From the NCBI GenBank assembly GCA_964502835.1, contig CAZCYF010000001.1, forward strand, positions 6,666 through 70,665: a stretch of 64,000 bases of DNA. Reading direction: 5' to 3'. A model generated the notes under the pieces. That model was not told the DNA's origin, ran no database searches, and saw only the letters and a program-made list of their open reading frames with translations. The position numbers and the translations under genes were made by a program. This document shows, piece by piece, positions 46,208-56,199 of this stretch; the first letter of the stretch is position 1, and every line of letters begins with the position of its first letter. This DNA comes from an uncultured Halobacteriales archaeon. Lineage in GTDB: Archaea > Halobacteriota > Halobacteria > Halobacteriales > SKSH01.

Positions 46208-47482
46208 ATGGCGCGGTATCTCCTCGAGACGTACGGCTGCACCTCGAACCGGGGCGAGGGGCTCCGGATCGAGCGGCGGCTTCGCGAACGCGGCCACCGT
46301 CCCGTCGAGGAGCCCGCGGACGCCGACGTGGCGATTTTGAACACCTGCACGGTGACCGAGACGACCGAGCACAACATGGTGCGCCGCGCCGCGGAGCTCG
46401 CCGCGACCGTCCCCGACCTGATCGTCACGGGCTGTCTCGCCCTCGCCCAACCCGATCGCCTCGATGACGCGGAGATTGCCGCGCGCGTGGTCGGGTGGGA
46501 CGAGGTCCCTGACGCGGTCCTCAACGGGGAGTGTCCCACGCCGACCGACGACGTCGGGACCGTGTTGCGCGGGCGGATCGGGATCCTCCCCATCGCCCGC
46601 GGCTGTGCCAGCAACTGCTCATACTGCATCACGAAGCACGCCACCGGCCGCATCGAGAGCCCGTCGATCGAGACGAACGTCGACCGGGCCCGACGGCTGC
46701 TCGATGCGGGTGCCGTCGAGGTGCGCATCACCGGACAGGACACCGGTGTGTATGGATGGGACCGGGACGGACGGTGGCTACCGGAGCTGCTGGATCGGAT
46801 CTGCGAGCTGCCCGGCACCTTCCGGGTGCGATTGGGAATGGCCAACCCGAAGGGGTTGTACCTCGTCCGGGAGGAACTCGCCGCCGTCTTCGCCCGACAC
46901 GACGAGCTCTACAACTTCGTGCACGCACCCGTGCAAAGCGGCTCGAACGACGTCCTCGCCGACATGCGCCGGCAACACACCGTCGAGGAGTTCCGTGAGG
47001 TGGTGGACACGTTCGACCGCACCCTCGATGAGTGGACCCTGGCGACGGATTTCATCGTTGGGTTTCCCACCGAGGACGAGGCCGACTTCGCCGCCAGCCT
47101 CGACCTGCTGGACGCGGTCCGGCCCGAACGGATCAACATCACGCGGTTTTCGAAGCGGCCGGGGACCGATGCCGCCGCCATGGACGGCCTCGGCGGGACG
47201 ATCAAGAAAGAGCGCTCCCGGGCGATGTCCGAGCGAAAGCGAACCATCCTCGAGGCGGTCCATCGGTCCCTTGTCGGGTCGACACGTGAGGTGCTGGCCG
47301 TCGAGGCAGGCACCGGCGACTCGCTGAAGTGTCGCGACGACGCCTACCACCTCATCGCCCTGCCCGAGCCCGAGGGGGTGGCGATCGGCGACCGATTCGA
47401 GGTGCACGTCACCGACGCCGAGCCGACGTACTGTCTTGGTGCGGTAGCGACCCGGCCGACAGCGTCGCCGGCCGACGATTGA
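46208..47482 (+). CDS. Radical-SAM methylthiotransferase, MiaB/MtaB (archaeal CDKAL1-like) family
   Basis: N-terminal UPF0004 cysteines (YGCTSN, LNTCTV), the radical-SAM CASNCSYC motif, and a C-terminal TRAM-like domain. ATG verified at 46208. Confidence 0.85.
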   Translation: MARYLLETYGCTSNRGEGLRIERRLRERGHRPVEEPADADVAILNTCTVTETTEHNMVRRAAELAATVPDLIVTGCLALAQPDRLDDAEIAARVVGWDEVPDAVLNGECPTPTDDVGTVLRGRIGILPIARGCASNCSYCITKHATGRIESPSIETNVDRARRLLDAGAVEVRITGQDTGVYGWDRDGRWLPELLDRICELPGTFRVRLGMANPKGLYLVREELAAVFARHDELYNFVHAPVQSGSNDVLADMRRQHTVEEFREVVDTFDRTLDEWTLATDFIVGFPTEDEADFAASLDLLDAVRPERINITRFSKRPGTDAAAMDGLGGTIKKERSRAMSERKRTILEAVHRSLVGSTREVLAVEAGTGDSLKCRDDAYHLIALPEPEGVAIGDRFEVHVTDAEPTYCLGAVATRPTASPADD

Positions 47483-47483
47483 G

Positions 47484-48389
47484 TCACCCCTCCTCGACCG
47501 CGTAGGTGCCCGGCTTCCACTCGTCGAGGTCCTTGGGGTCCAGATGGACGAACGCCTCGTCGATTTCGGGCAACTCCTCGATCGCCTCGATGACGGCCGT
47601 CTCAATCTCGTGGCCCTCGGCGAGCGTGAGGTCCTCGCCGACCTCGATGTGGAGGCTGACGTCGACCTCTGGCCCCACGTAGTGGGCCAACACGTCGTGG
47701 ACGCCCTCAACGTCGGGATGGTCGAGCGCGCGCTCGACGATGCGCTGGCGCAACGGCTCGGGCGGGGCGGCCCCCACGAGATAGTTCACGTTCCGTCGGC
47801 CGATGCCGACGCCGCTGTAGATGATAACGACGGCCACGCCCGCCGCCGCCAGGGGGTCGAGCACGGCGATGCCGAACTGTGCGCCCACGACGCCGAGCAA
47901 CGCCGCAATCGCGGTGAGGATGTCGTTGCGGTTGTCGATCGCGATGGCGCGCGCCGATGGCGCCTCGAGCCGGTCCGCGATGGCGAGGCTGTAGCGGTAC
48001 AGCAGGTACTTCCCCGCGGCGGCGGCCGCCAGGATCGCCGTTGCCCAGGGGCCTTGGGCGACGGTGGCCTCACCGGAGAGAAGCGCGTCGACCGCCCCCC
48101 ACAGGACGACCACGCCGGCCAGGACAAACCCGATGATGACCGCGAGCGCCACGAACGGCTCGATGCGTTCGTGCCCGTGCGGGTGATCGAAGTCGGGTGG
48201 CCGCACGCTGAGGTGGATGCCCCCGACGATCAGCACGCTGTAGGCCACGTCGGTCAGGCTATTGATCGCCTCGGAGCCGACGGCCAGGCTGCCGGATTCG
48301 TACCAGACGAGGGCCTTTCCCGCGAGCAGCGCGGCGTTGCCGGCCAGGATGACGAGTCCAAGCCGGCGAAGGGTGCGCTCGCGGGACAT
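47484..48389 (-). CDS. Cation diffusion facilitator (CDF) family metal efflux transporter
   Basis: Six TM helices with histidine/aspartate metal-site residues and a C-terminal cytoplasmic domain (VHDVLAHYVGPEVDVSLHIEV). Confidence 0.85.
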   Translation of the reverse strand: MSRERTLRRLGLVILAGNAALLAGKALVWYESGSLAVGSEAINSLTDVAYSVLIVGGIHLSVRPPDFDHPHGHERIEPFVALAVIIGFVLAGVVVLWGAVDALLSGEATVAQGPWATAILAAAAAGKYLLYRYSLAIADRLEAPSARAIAIDNRNDILTAIAALLGVVGAQFGIAVLDPLAAAGVAVVIIYSGVGIGRRNVNYLVGAAPPEPLRQRIVERALDHPDVEGVHDVLAHYVGPEVDVSLHIEVGEDLTLAEGHEIETAVIEAIEELPEIDEAFVHLDPKDLDEWKPGTYAVEEG

Positions 48390-48418
48390 GACGACCAGGT
48401 CGTTGGGTCGGTTCGGAC

Positions 48419-48991
48419 CTAACCCTGTCGCAGCCTGACGGCCTGGCCCGTCGCTGGATCCTCGACGGCCGTCTCGGCCTCGGCGAACGCGGCGTGGAGG
48501 TGTTCGTACGTCGACTCGAGGGCCTCGACAATCACCTTCGTGTCGCCGATCACCGGCATGAAGTTGGTGTCACCGGCCCACCGGGGGACGACGTGGCGAT
48601 GTAGGTGGTCGCCGATCGATCCGCCTGCAGCCGCCGACCCGAGGTTCATACCGAGGTTGAACCCGTCCGGATCGAACGCCCGTTCGAGGGCGGCGACGGT
48701 CGCCTGCGTCGTCCGCTCGAGACCGGTGAGCGTCTCGGCGTCGAGGGCATCGAACCGGCCCGTGTGGGTGTGGGGGATGACCATCACGTGCCCGGGATTG
48801 TAGGGATAGTTGTTCAAGAGCACGTAGCAATGGGTTGATCGAGCCACGACGAGGTGCTCGCGGTCCGCCTCGACCTCGAGCAGGGCGCAAAACACGCACG
48901 CGTCACCGTCACCCGGTCGCTCCTCGCGACGGACCCACTCGATCCGCCACGGGGCGAACAGTTGCTCGATGGCCGCTGGCGGGGACCCCAT
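48419..48991 (-). CDS. HIT-family nucleotide hydrolase/transferase
   Basis: Histidine-triad motif HLHRHVVPRW and an upstream CVFC zinc-like motif. Confidence 0.8.
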   Translation of the reverse strand: MGSPPAAIEQLFAPWRIEWVRREERPGDGDACVFCALLEVEADREHLVVARSTHCYVLLNNYPYNPGHVMVIPHTHTGRFDALDAETLTGLERTTQATVAALERAFDPDGFNLGMNLGSAAAGGSIGDHLHRHVVPRWAGDTNFMPVIGDTKVIVEALESTYEHLHAAFAEAETAVEDPATGQAVRLRQG

Positions 48992-48994
48992 GGA

Positions 48995-49894
48995 TCAGGC
49001 GGTGGTCACCTCGGCCCCGTCCTCGGTGACGATGACCGTGTGCTCCTTCTGGCTGACGAGGGTGCCCTCGTCCTCTTTCAGGATGGGATAGCCGTGGATC
49101 ACGTCGTGGCGCTCGAGGCGGCGGAGGGCGATCTCGGGGCGATCGACCTCGAGCCAGCGGGTGGCGAACGGAAGGGTCCGGTACGTCTCGGTGATGTGTT
49201 CGAGCGCCTGTCGGGCATCGCGGTTGCGCACCCGTGCATCCTCGCGGTCGAGTGCGTAAATCTCCGTCCGCGAGCCCTCGGTGACCTTCCCGCCACCGTC
49301 GGTGGCGAAGGGTTCGATGGCGATCACCTGGCCGACCTCGAGCTCGATGCTCTGGCCGACGGCCCGGTTCGGAATGTTCGGGTCGGTGTGTTGATCCCAG
49401 TGGCCGAGCCCGTGACCGGTGAGATTCACGACCGGGTTGAACCCGTAGCCGTCGATTGTCGACTCGATGGCGGCGCCGATCTCGCCCGTCTCGACACCAG
49501 GTTCGACGACCTCGATGGCCGCCTCAAGAGCCGCCGCGCTCGCCTCGACGAGCTCGTCCGAACCGGTAAAATCGACGGTCACCGCGGTATCGGCGAGCCA
49601 CCCGTCGACGTGTACCCCGATGTCGAGGTTGATCATCTCCTCGCCGAGGGTGCGGTCGTCGTCGCGGCCGGCGGTGTCGTGCGCTGCGACCTCGTCGGCG
49701 CTGATGTTGACTGGAAAGCCGACCGATCCCCCGAGCTCGCGAATGCGATCCTCGGCGAACGTGGCCACCTCGGCGTATGACATCCCGACCTCGACGTGTT
49801 CGGCGGTCTCCTCGCGAACCTGCGCGAGAATGCGTCCGGCCTCGCGGTGCTTCTCGTACCGTTCGGCGTCGAGGTCCACCTCGGCGTCGGCCAT
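48995..49894 (-). CDS. map: Methionine aminopeptidase, type II
   Basis: Pita-bread fold metal ligands in the context FPVNISADEVAAH, DIGVHVDGW, NLTGHGL and the ending VIVTEDGAEVTT. Start trimmed to the ATG at 49894. Confidence 0.9.
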   Translation of the reverse strand: MADAEVDLDAERYEKHREAGRILAQVREETAEHVEVGMSYAEVATFAEDRIRELGGSVGFPVNISADEVAAHDTAGRDDDRTLGEEMINLDIGVHVDGWLADTAVTVDFTGSDELVEASAAALEAAIEVVEPGVETGEIGAAIESTIDGYGFNPVVNLTGHGLGHWDQHTDPNIPNRAVGQSIELEVGQVIAIEPFATDGGGKVTEGSRTEIYALDREDARVRNRDARQALEHITETYRTLPFATRWLEVDRPEIALRRLERHDVIHGYPILKEDEGTLVSQKEHTVIVTEDGAEVTTA

Positions 49895-49937
49895 GGCTGG
49901 CGTTACCCCGAGGCGGCCTAAAGGGTTTCCACCCGGC

Positions 49938-50804
49938 TCATCCGTCGCTGGCGTACGCCGTTTGCATCCGGGCCGTGTTGTAACCCGTGGCGTAGCCACC
50001 GGCCGCATCGATCGCGATGGCACCGGCACCAGCATCGGTCTCACGATCGAACGCCGCGACCGCCGCGGCCACGGCTTCCCGTGACGACGCCCCGGCATCG
50101 ATTCGGCGTTCGATCGATCGGGCGAGCGTCACGCGGGCGATCGCCTCCCCGGCCCCCGTCGTGCTCACCGCCGCGGCGGATGAACAGAAAAAGCCACAGC
50201 CGACCTGTGGGACGTCGCCGATACGACCGCGAAAGGCGAGGAATCGACCACCGGTCGAGGTGGCGGCCGCCAGCTCACTACCGGACCGGGCCACGGCGCC
50301 GACCGTGTCGTGGTCGTGCGACGAATCACCGTCGCCGAACCGATCGCTGACCTCGGCGAGTTGCTCGACGGGATCGTCGGGCATGTCCGTCGCGTCGAAC
50401 CGGCGGCGGGTGCGGTCGGTGCCGACGGCCGCCCCATCGACCCCGAGGTGGGCGGCGATGTCGGCCGCCCCCGGCTGGCCGACGAGGACGTGTGGCGTCT
50501 CGTGCTTGACGAACCGCGCCACCGCAATCGGCGTCGACACGCCGGTCACCCCGGCGACCGCACCGATGGCTCCGTCGGACGACATGAGTCCGGCGTCGGC
50601 CCGATGGACGCCATCGCTTTGGACCGTCCCACCGAGCCCGGCATTGAACCCTCGGGATCGTTCGAGGCTGGTCACCACCTCGACGACGGCCGCCTCGGGA
50701 GTCCCCGCTGTGAGGGCCTGCGCAACGGCGTCGTCCAGAATCGCCTGCCGCTCGTGTGGGTCCGTGGGAACCCCACCGGCACCGCCGTGGGCGAGCACCT
50801 GCAT
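49938..50804 (-). CDS. Isoaspartyl peptidase / plant-type L-asparaginase (Ntn hydrolase)
   Basis: GFNAGLG and the autoprocessing site HDTVGAVA. Start trimmed to the ATG at 50804. Confidence 0.85.
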   Translation of the reverse strand: MQVLAHGGAGGVPTDPHERQAILDDAVAQALTAGTPEAAVVEVVTSLERSRGFNAGLGGTVQSDGVHRADAGLMSSDGAIGAVAGVTGVSTPIAVARFVKHETPHVLVGQPGAADIAAHLGVDGAAVGTDRTRRRFDATDMPDDPVEQLAEVSDRFGDGDSSHDHDTVGAVARSGSELAAATSTGGRFLAFRGRIGDVPQVGCGFFCSSAAAVSTTGAGEAIARVTLARSIERRIDAGASSREAVAAAVAAFDRETDAGAGAIAIDAAGGYATGYNTARMQTAYASDG

Positions 50805-50867
50805 GACCCGGAGGGGCGACGGCCGCGGGCAAGTAGCCTGCGGATGGCGTCGCATGCGGATAACAGC

Positions 50868-50877
50868 GCTTTTACTT
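50868..50877 (+). promoter_or_regulatory. TATA-like element upstream of icd
   Basis: GCTTTTACTT lies about 30 nt upstream of the icd ATG at 50903. Confidence 0.3.
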
Positions 50878-50902
50878 CGCTTCACCGGAGTGACGACCAT
50901 CG

Positions 50903-52165
50903 ATGACCTACGAGCATATCGAGGTGCCTGCGGCGGGTGAGCCGGTACGCCTTGCCGACGAGGAGACGGGCGCGCTGGCGGTCCCCGAGGAACCGATCGT
51001 GCCGATCATCTACGGCGACGGTACGGGCATGGACGTCACGCCCGCCGCGATCACGGTCTGGGACGCGGCGGCCGCGGCGACGGGCAGGGAGATCCACTGG
51101 ATGCGGCTATATGCCGGTGAAAGCGCCCGCGAGCGCTACGGAGAGAACCTCCCCGACGAGACGCTGGACGCGCTCCGGGAGTACCGCGTCGGTGTGAAGG
51201 GACCCCTGACGACGCCAGTCGGTGCCGGATATCGCAGCCTCAACGTCGCGATCCGCAAGCGCCTCGACCTGTACGCGAACGTCCGCCCGACGTTTCATCT
51301 CGATGGCGTCCCCTCGCCGATGACGGAGCCCGAGAACACCGACCTCGTCTGCTTCCGGGAGGCAACCGAGGACGTCTACGCCGGCATCGAGTGGGAGGCG
51401 GGCACCGAGGAGGTCGAGAAGGTCCGCGAGTTCATCGAGACCGAGATGGGCGTTCAGGACGCGATCCATGACGGCCCCGCGGGGATCGGCCTGAAGCCGA
51501 TCACCGAGTTCGGGACGAAACGCCTCGTGCGCAGAGCGATCGAGTACGCCCTCGAGCACGACCGGACCTACGTCACGCTCGTCCACAAGGGGAACATCAT
51601 GAAGTTCACGGAAGGGGCGTTTCGCGACTGGGGGTACGAGGTCGCCGAGCAGGAATTCGGCGACGAGGTCATCACCGAGGACACCCTCTGGGAGGAGCGC
51701 GACGGGGAGCCGCCGGCAGATACGGTCGTCGTCAACGACCGCATCGCGGACGCCATGTTGCAGTGGATTACGCTGAAACCGGAGGACTACGACGTGCTGG
51801 CGTTGCCCAACCTCAACGGCGATTACCTCTCCGACGCGGCGGGCGCGCAAATCGGCGGTCTCGGCATCGCCCCCGGCGCGAACATGGGCGACGGGCGGAT
51901 CGTCGCCGAGCCGGTGCACGGGTCGTCACCGAAACACGCCGGCAAGGACAAGGTGAACCCGACCGCGATGATCCTCTCGGGACGCATCCTCATGGACTAC
52001 CTCGGCTGGGACGACGCGGCCTCGGTGATCATCGACGCGCTCGAGGACACGATCACCGACGGAATCGTCACCTACGACCTCGCGCGCGAACTCGACGACG
52101 CGACGAAAGTTGGGACGAGCGCGTTCGCCACCGAGGTCGCCGAACGGATCGATTCCTTCGCCTGA
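50903..52165 (+). CDS. icd: Isocitrate dehydrogenase (NADP-dependent)
   Basis: GPLTTPVG, SLNVAIRK, NLNGDYLSDA and GSSPKHAGKDKVNP motifs. About 420 aa. Confidence 0.95.
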   Translation: MTYEHIEVPAAGEPVRLADEETGALAVPEEPIVPIIYGDGTGMDVTPAAITVWDAAAAATGREIHWMRLYAGESARERYGENLPDETLDALREYRVGVKGPLTTPVGAGYRSLNVAIRKRLDLYANVRPTFHLDGVPSPMTEPENTDLVCFREATEDVYAGIEWEAGTEEVEKVREFIETEMGVQDAIHDGPAGIGLKPITEFGTKRLVRRAIEYALEHDRTYVTLVHKGNIMKFTEGAFRDWGYEVAEQEFGDEVITEDTLWEERDGEPPADTVVVNDRIADAMLQWITLKPEDYDVLALPNLNGDYLSDAAGAQIGGLGIAPGANMGDGRIVAEPVHGSSPKHAGKDKVNPTAMILSGRILMDYLGWDDAASVIIDALEDTITDGIVTYDLARELDDATKVGTSAFATEVAERIDSFA

Positions 52166-52166
52166 G

Positions 52167-53378
52167 TTAGCGCCCGAGGCGCTCGTGGGCCTCGGCGAGG
52201 TGGCGCGAGCCGAGCGCGCCCAACAGCGACAGCTCGCCAGCCAGCGCACCGGTCGCGACCACCTCGGCAAACGCCCGGGCGTTCCTCCCGGGGGGGTCGC
52301 CGCCGCCGGCGACGCCGATGAGATCAAGTGCCTCTGACTGGGTGGGCAACCCGGTACCACCACCGACCGTACCGACCTCGAGGCTGGCCAGGGTGACGCT
52401 GACGTACACCTCGTCGTCGCGGGGGTCGACCGTGGTGATGGCGTTGGCCCCCTCGACCACCTGCGCCGCGTCCTGCCCCGTGGCCAGGAACATCGCGGCG
52501 ACGACGTTCGCGACCTGGGCGTTGAACCCGTAGCTCCCGGCCTTTGCGCTCCCGATCAGGTTCTTGCGCGTGTTGACCTCCGTCAACGCGTCACCATCCA
52601 CGTGCAGGCGTTGCTCGACAACCTCGTGGGGCAGGTGGACGTCGGCGGTGACGGTGTAGCCCCGGCCCTCGATGGCGTTGATCGCGGCGGGCTTCTTGTC
52701 GGTACACAGGTTGCCGCTGAGCGCGACCAGGTCGGCCTCGGTCTCGTCGTCGACCACCTCGGCGGCCGCCCGGGTGGCTACCGTGGCCATGTTCATGCCC
52801 ATTGCGTCCTTCGTGTCGTAGCTGAACCGGAGGTAGACGTTGTCCCCGACGGGATACGGGTCGATCCCGCGGAGTTCCCCATGATCGGTCGTCGACTCGG
52901 CGGCCTTCCGGAGTCGATCCTCGTTGGCCGCCACCCAGTCGATCAGCGCCGTCGCCCCGGCCGCGTCGCCCGTGCGAAAGACCGGGGCGCGCGTCATCTC
53001 GCCACGGTAGACGCGGGTCCCCGCCCCGCCCGCGGTCTCCAGGACCCCACAGCCCCGGTTGACGCTCGCCACCAGTGCCCCCTCGGTCGTGGCGAGCGGC
53101 AACCGGTAGGTGCCCTCGGCGGCAGTACCGTCGATCGTGACGGGGCCAGCGACCCCGAGGGGAACCTCCGCCGTGCCGATCATGTTCTCGATGTTGGCTC
53201 GGGCGTCACCCGAGTCGATGGCGGTGTCGCCGACGGCCGAGAGGGTGGCCCCGGTTCGGTCGGCGAGGTAGGCGCGTCTGGCCGCCATGGCCACCTCGGG
53301 ATCGGCGACCTCCTCGAGCTCGTAGAACTGGAGCTCGCCCGACTCGAGCCGATCGACGAGTGAGGCGATATCTGACAT
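52167..53378 (-). CDS. hmgA: Hydroxymethylglutaryl-CoA reductase (class I)
   Basis: EGALVAS, TKDAMGMNM, CTDKKPAAIN and GTVGGGT motifs. Start trimmed to the ATG at 53378. Confidence 0.9.
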   Translation of the reverse strand: MSDIASLVDRLESGELQFYELEEVADPEVAMAARRAYLADRTGATLSAVGDTAIDSGDARANIENMIGTAEVPLGVAGPVTIDGTAAEGTYRLPLATTEGALVASVNRGCGVLETAGGAGTRVYRGEMTRAPVFRTGDAAGATALIDWVAANEDRLRKAAESTTDHGELRGIDPYPVGDNVYLRFSYDTKDAMGMNMATVATRAAAEVVDDETEADLVALSGNLCTDKKPAAINAIEGRGYTVTADVHLPHEVVEQRLHVDGDALTEVNTRKNLIGSAKAGSYGFNAQVANVVAAMFLATGQDAAQVVEGANAITTVDPRDDEVYVSVTLASLEVGTVGGGTGLPTQSEALDLIGVAGGGDPPGRNARAFAEVVATGALAGELSLLGALGSRHLAEAHERLGR

Positions 53379-53431
53379 GGGGCCGACCACGAGGGGTGGG
53401 TCAGTAACGTTTCGGCTTCGCGGGCGACGAA

Positions 53432-54415
53432 TCAGCCGTGCTCCACGAGGATGGCCAGCAGATACCAGCCGATCGCCACCACGACGATCGTGCCACCGGC
53501 TGGCCAGCCCCACTCGAGCGAGATGAGGAAGCCGACGAGGACGGCCGCCTCACCGATGAGGACGGCGAGCCACCGCGACTCGGCAAAGCTGGTCGCCACC
53601 TGTGCAGCCGCGGCGACGGGCACCACGAGCATTGCCGCGACGAGGATGATCCCGAGTATCTGCATCGCGCCGACCACCACGACGGCCGTGATGACGATCA
53701 ACGCGACGTTGTAGGCGCGCACGTTGAGCCGAGCGACGCGGGCGGCCTCGAGGTCGAAGGTAATGAACGTCAATGGGCGGTGAAGCACCCCCAACACGAC
53801 GATCACCACCGCGGACAGCCCCGCCATGAGCCGGGCACCCTCGACGGTGACGAAGGCGATGTTGCCGAAGAGGTAACTGTCGACGCTGATGGCGGTGAGG
53901 CCGTCGCCAATGCCGATGAGGATGGTGCCGACGGCGAAGCTCCCGGTGAGCATGATCGCGATCGGGACGTCCCCGAAGGCGTCGGTGCGGTGGGCGAGCC
54001 ATTCGACGCCGAAGGCGCCCAGGACGGCCACCACGAGGGCCGACAGGAGCAACGAGACGTTCCAGCCGGTCGCGGAGGCGAACAACAGTCCGACCGCCAC
54101 CCCCGCGAAGGCCGTATGCGCGAGAGTCTCCCCGATCAGGGCCATCTCGCGATGGACGAGGTACGTCCCCACAAGCGGGCAGACGATGCCGACGAAGACG
54201 CCCGTCGCGAGTGAGTGCCACACGAACGGATGGCGAAAGGCGTTCAGCCCGAAGAGGCCGTCGACGCTCCGTCCGACGTCCATGATGGTCGAATAGACCG
54301 GCGAGGCGACGGACGTCGCCCGCAACCAGTACGCGAGCAGGAAGATCACCATCACCACGGCCAGCGTCGCGACGGCCGCCATGCCGAGTTGAATCGCGCG
54401 CTGTCGGTAGTGCAT
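53432..54415 (-). CDS. Metal (Zn/Mn-type) ABC transporter permease
   Basis: Polytopic ZnuB/MntB-like protein (LIGETLAHTAFAGVAVG). TGATG-type 1-nt overlap with the ATPase gene. Confidence 0.85.
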   Translation of the reverse strand: MHYRQRAIQLGMAAVATLAVVMVIFLLAYWLRATSVASPVYSTIMDVGRSVDGLFGLNAFRHPFVWHSLATGVFVGIVCPLVGTYLVHREMALIGETLAHTAFAGVAVGLLFASATGWNVSLLLSALVVAVLGAFGVEWLAHRTDAFGDVPIAIMLTGSFAVGTILIGIGDGLTAISVDSYLFGNIAFVTVEGARLMAGLSAVVIVVLGVLHRPLTFITFDLEAARVARLNVRAYNVALIVITAVVVVGAMQILGIILVAAMLVVPVAAAAQVATSFAESRWLAVLIGEAAVLVGFLISLEWGWPAGGTIVVVAIGWYLLAILVEHG

Positions 54416-55155
54416 CAGTGGTCGTGGTGGACGATGCGGCCGGTCGAACCGTAGGCCTCGGCCAGGGCGTCACTTTCGAGGAAGGTCGCTGGATCCCCGT
54501 GGTGGTACAACCGACGGTTAATGCACGCGATCGTGTCCGCCCGGTCGGTGACGACGCCGATGTCGTGTTCGATCAGGATGACGGTGATGCCATCGTCGTT
54601 GAGGCGGTCCAACAGTCGATAGAAGGCATCTCGCGACTCGGCATCGACCCCGACGGCCGGCTCATCCAGCGCCAGCAACTCCGCCTGCGAGGCGAGCGCG
54701 CGGGCGATGAACACGCGCTGGCGCTGGCCACCGGACAGCCGTCGGACCTGGCGATCCGCCAGGTTCGCAATGTCAACCCGGGCCATGGCCTGTTCGACGG
54801 CGGCCGCGTCATCGTCCCCCATCCGACCGAGGCCTGCGTGCGCGTACCGACCCATCCGCACCGCCTCCTCGACCGTGACCGGCATGTGCGAGCCGACCTC
54901 GCCCAGCTGTTGGGCGACGTAGCCGATCCGGTGGCCATCGCCGAACGCGTCGACCGGCTCGCCGAACAGCTCGACCGTACCGTTGTCGGGCTCGAGTAAC
55001 CCCAGCATGAGGCGCAGGAGCGTGGTCTTGCCCGAGCCGTTCGGGCCGACGATGCCGAGAAACTCACCCGCCTCCACGGTGAGGGACACGTCGGCCACGG
55101 CCGGCCGATCATCATAGGCGAAGGTCACGTTCTCGACGCGGACGGGTGGGGTCAC
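54415..55155 (-). CDS. Metal (Zn/Mn-type) ABC transporter ATP-binding protein
   Basis: Walker A GPNGSGKTT, signature LSGGQRQR, Walker B LLALDEP, H-loop IEHD. Confidence 0.9.
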   Translation of the reverse strand: MTPPVRVENVTFAYDDRPAVADVSLTVEAGEFLGIVGPNGSGKTTLLRLMLGLLEPDNGTVELFGEPVDAFGDGHRIGYVAQQLGEVGSHMPVTVEEAVRMGRYAHAGLGRMGDDDAAAVEQAMARVDIANLADRQVRRLSGGQRQRVFIARALASQAELLALDEPAVGVDAESRDAFYRLLDRLNDDGITVILIEHDIGVVTDRADTIACINRRLYHHGDPATFLESDALAEAYGSTGRIVHHDH

Positions 55156-56105
55156 GGTTGGTTGAGCGCCGCATCGAAGGCGGGTCGATTAACGGCTTCC
55201 ATTTGGTCGATATAGCCCCATCCCTCGGCCTGCCAGGTCTCCGTCGTGCCCTCCGCGGGGGTGACCTCGCGAATCTCCGTAGCCGAGGAGTTTTGCACGA
55301 TCGTCTCGGCGAGCTCGTCCGACGCGAACACGTCGCTCAGGATGACGTCGATGTCGTTCGCATCCACCACGTCGATTACGTCGGCGATCTCGGTCGGTGA
55401 CGGCGACGCGTCAGGGGCGACGCCCCGGGGTGTGACGATCTCGAACCCGTAGCGTCGGGCGAGATAGCGAAACGAGTTGTGGCCAGCCAGAACGGCCACG
55501 TCGCGGTCGGCGTCGGAGAGCGACTCGACGAACGCACCGTGCAACGCCTGGAGCCGCTCGACGTATTCGTCGGCCTTGGCCCGGTAGTCTGCAGCGTGAC
55601 CCGGGTCGGCGCTGGCCAGCCCATCGGCGATCGTCTCCACCATCGTCTGTGCACGAACCGGATCGACCCACGCGTGCGGATCGACCGCTCCGGCGTCCTC
55701 GGCGTGGTCATCACCGTCCGGCGCGTGGTCGTCACCGATGGGAAGCAAGTCGACACCATCGAGAACGTCGATGACCGCCACGTCGTCGTAGTCCCGCCGC
55801 AGCGTCGTGGCGGCCGACTGCGCCCATGCGAAGGAGGGGAGGTCCGGATAGATGAAGACGGCCGCCTCCGCGAGTTCGGTGGATAACCGCACGTCGGGTT
55901 CCCAGCCGTGGCCGACCCGGCCGAGTGGGACTGGTGATTCGAACTCGCGGTGGTCTCCAGCAACCGCCTCGCCCCAGACGGCCAACGTGAAAAAGGCGCC
56001 GTAGCCAGTCGAGGCGCCCGCGTCGTCGCCAAGGCACCCGGCGAGTGGCCCAACGGTCAGGCCGGCGAGACCGCTACCAATGAGTCGACGGCGTGACCAG
56101 GACAC
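55152..56105 (-). CDS. Metal ABC transporter substrate-binding lipoprotein (ZnuA/TroA fold)
   Basis: Twin-arginine signal plus lipobox (SRRRLIGSGLAGL...LAGC). An acidic His/Asp-rich loop (DDHAPDGDDHAEDAGAVDPHAW) is typical of Zn-binding ZnuA. GTG start at 56105. Confidence 0.85.
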   Translation of the reverse strand: MSWSRRRLIGSGLAGLTVGPLAGCLGDDAGASTGYGAFFTLAVWGEAVAGDHREFESPVPLGRVGHGWEPDVRLSTELAEAAVFIYPDLPSFAWAQSAATTLRRDYDDVAVIDVLDGVDLLPIGDDHAPDGDDHAEDAGAVDPHAWVDPVRAQTMVETIADGLASADPGHAADYRAKADEYVERLQALHGAFVESLSDADRDVAVLAGHNSFRYLARRYGFEIVTPRGVAPDASPSPTEIADVIDVVDANDIDVILSDVFASDELAETIVQNSSATEIREVTPAEGTTETWQAEGWGYIDQMEAVNRPAFDAALNQP

Positions 56106-56142
56106 GACGTGGGCTCGGCAGTGGGGACGGTTAAAGATTATT

Positions 56143-56153
56143 ATTGATTCAAT
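56143..56153. repeat. Inverted repeat ATTGA-T-TCAAT
   Basis: Read directly: the 5-bp arms are perfectly complementary around one central base. Confidence 0.8.
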
Positions 56154-56155
56154 AA

Positions 56156-56167
56156 ATATTAATAATC
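56156..56167. repeat. 12-mer ATATTAATAATC, copy 1
   Basis: Identical to copy 2 at 56188-56199, with a start-to-start distance of 32 bp. Confidence 0.9.
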
Positions 56168-56187
56168 ACAGTGTATCTGAACGGTCG

Positions 56188-56199
56188 ATATTAATAATC
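56188..56199. repeat. 12-mer ATATTAATAATC, copy 2
   Basis: Identical to copy 1. It is centred about 27 nt upstream of the TTG at 56219 and about 54 nt upstream of the ATG at 56246. Confidence 0.9.

Noticed and set aside
45298-46845. Track ORF of 515 aa suggesting a large protein
   Set aside because: Only the last 274 codons (from the ATG at 46122) encode a coherent polytopic membrane protein. The upstream 241 codons are antisense to the methylthiotransferase gene and are S/R/P-rich. Similar false N-terminal extensions were trimmed for the ORFs starting at 32148, 50098, 50900, 53513, 21928, 23659, 26821, 11888, 40653 and 45923.
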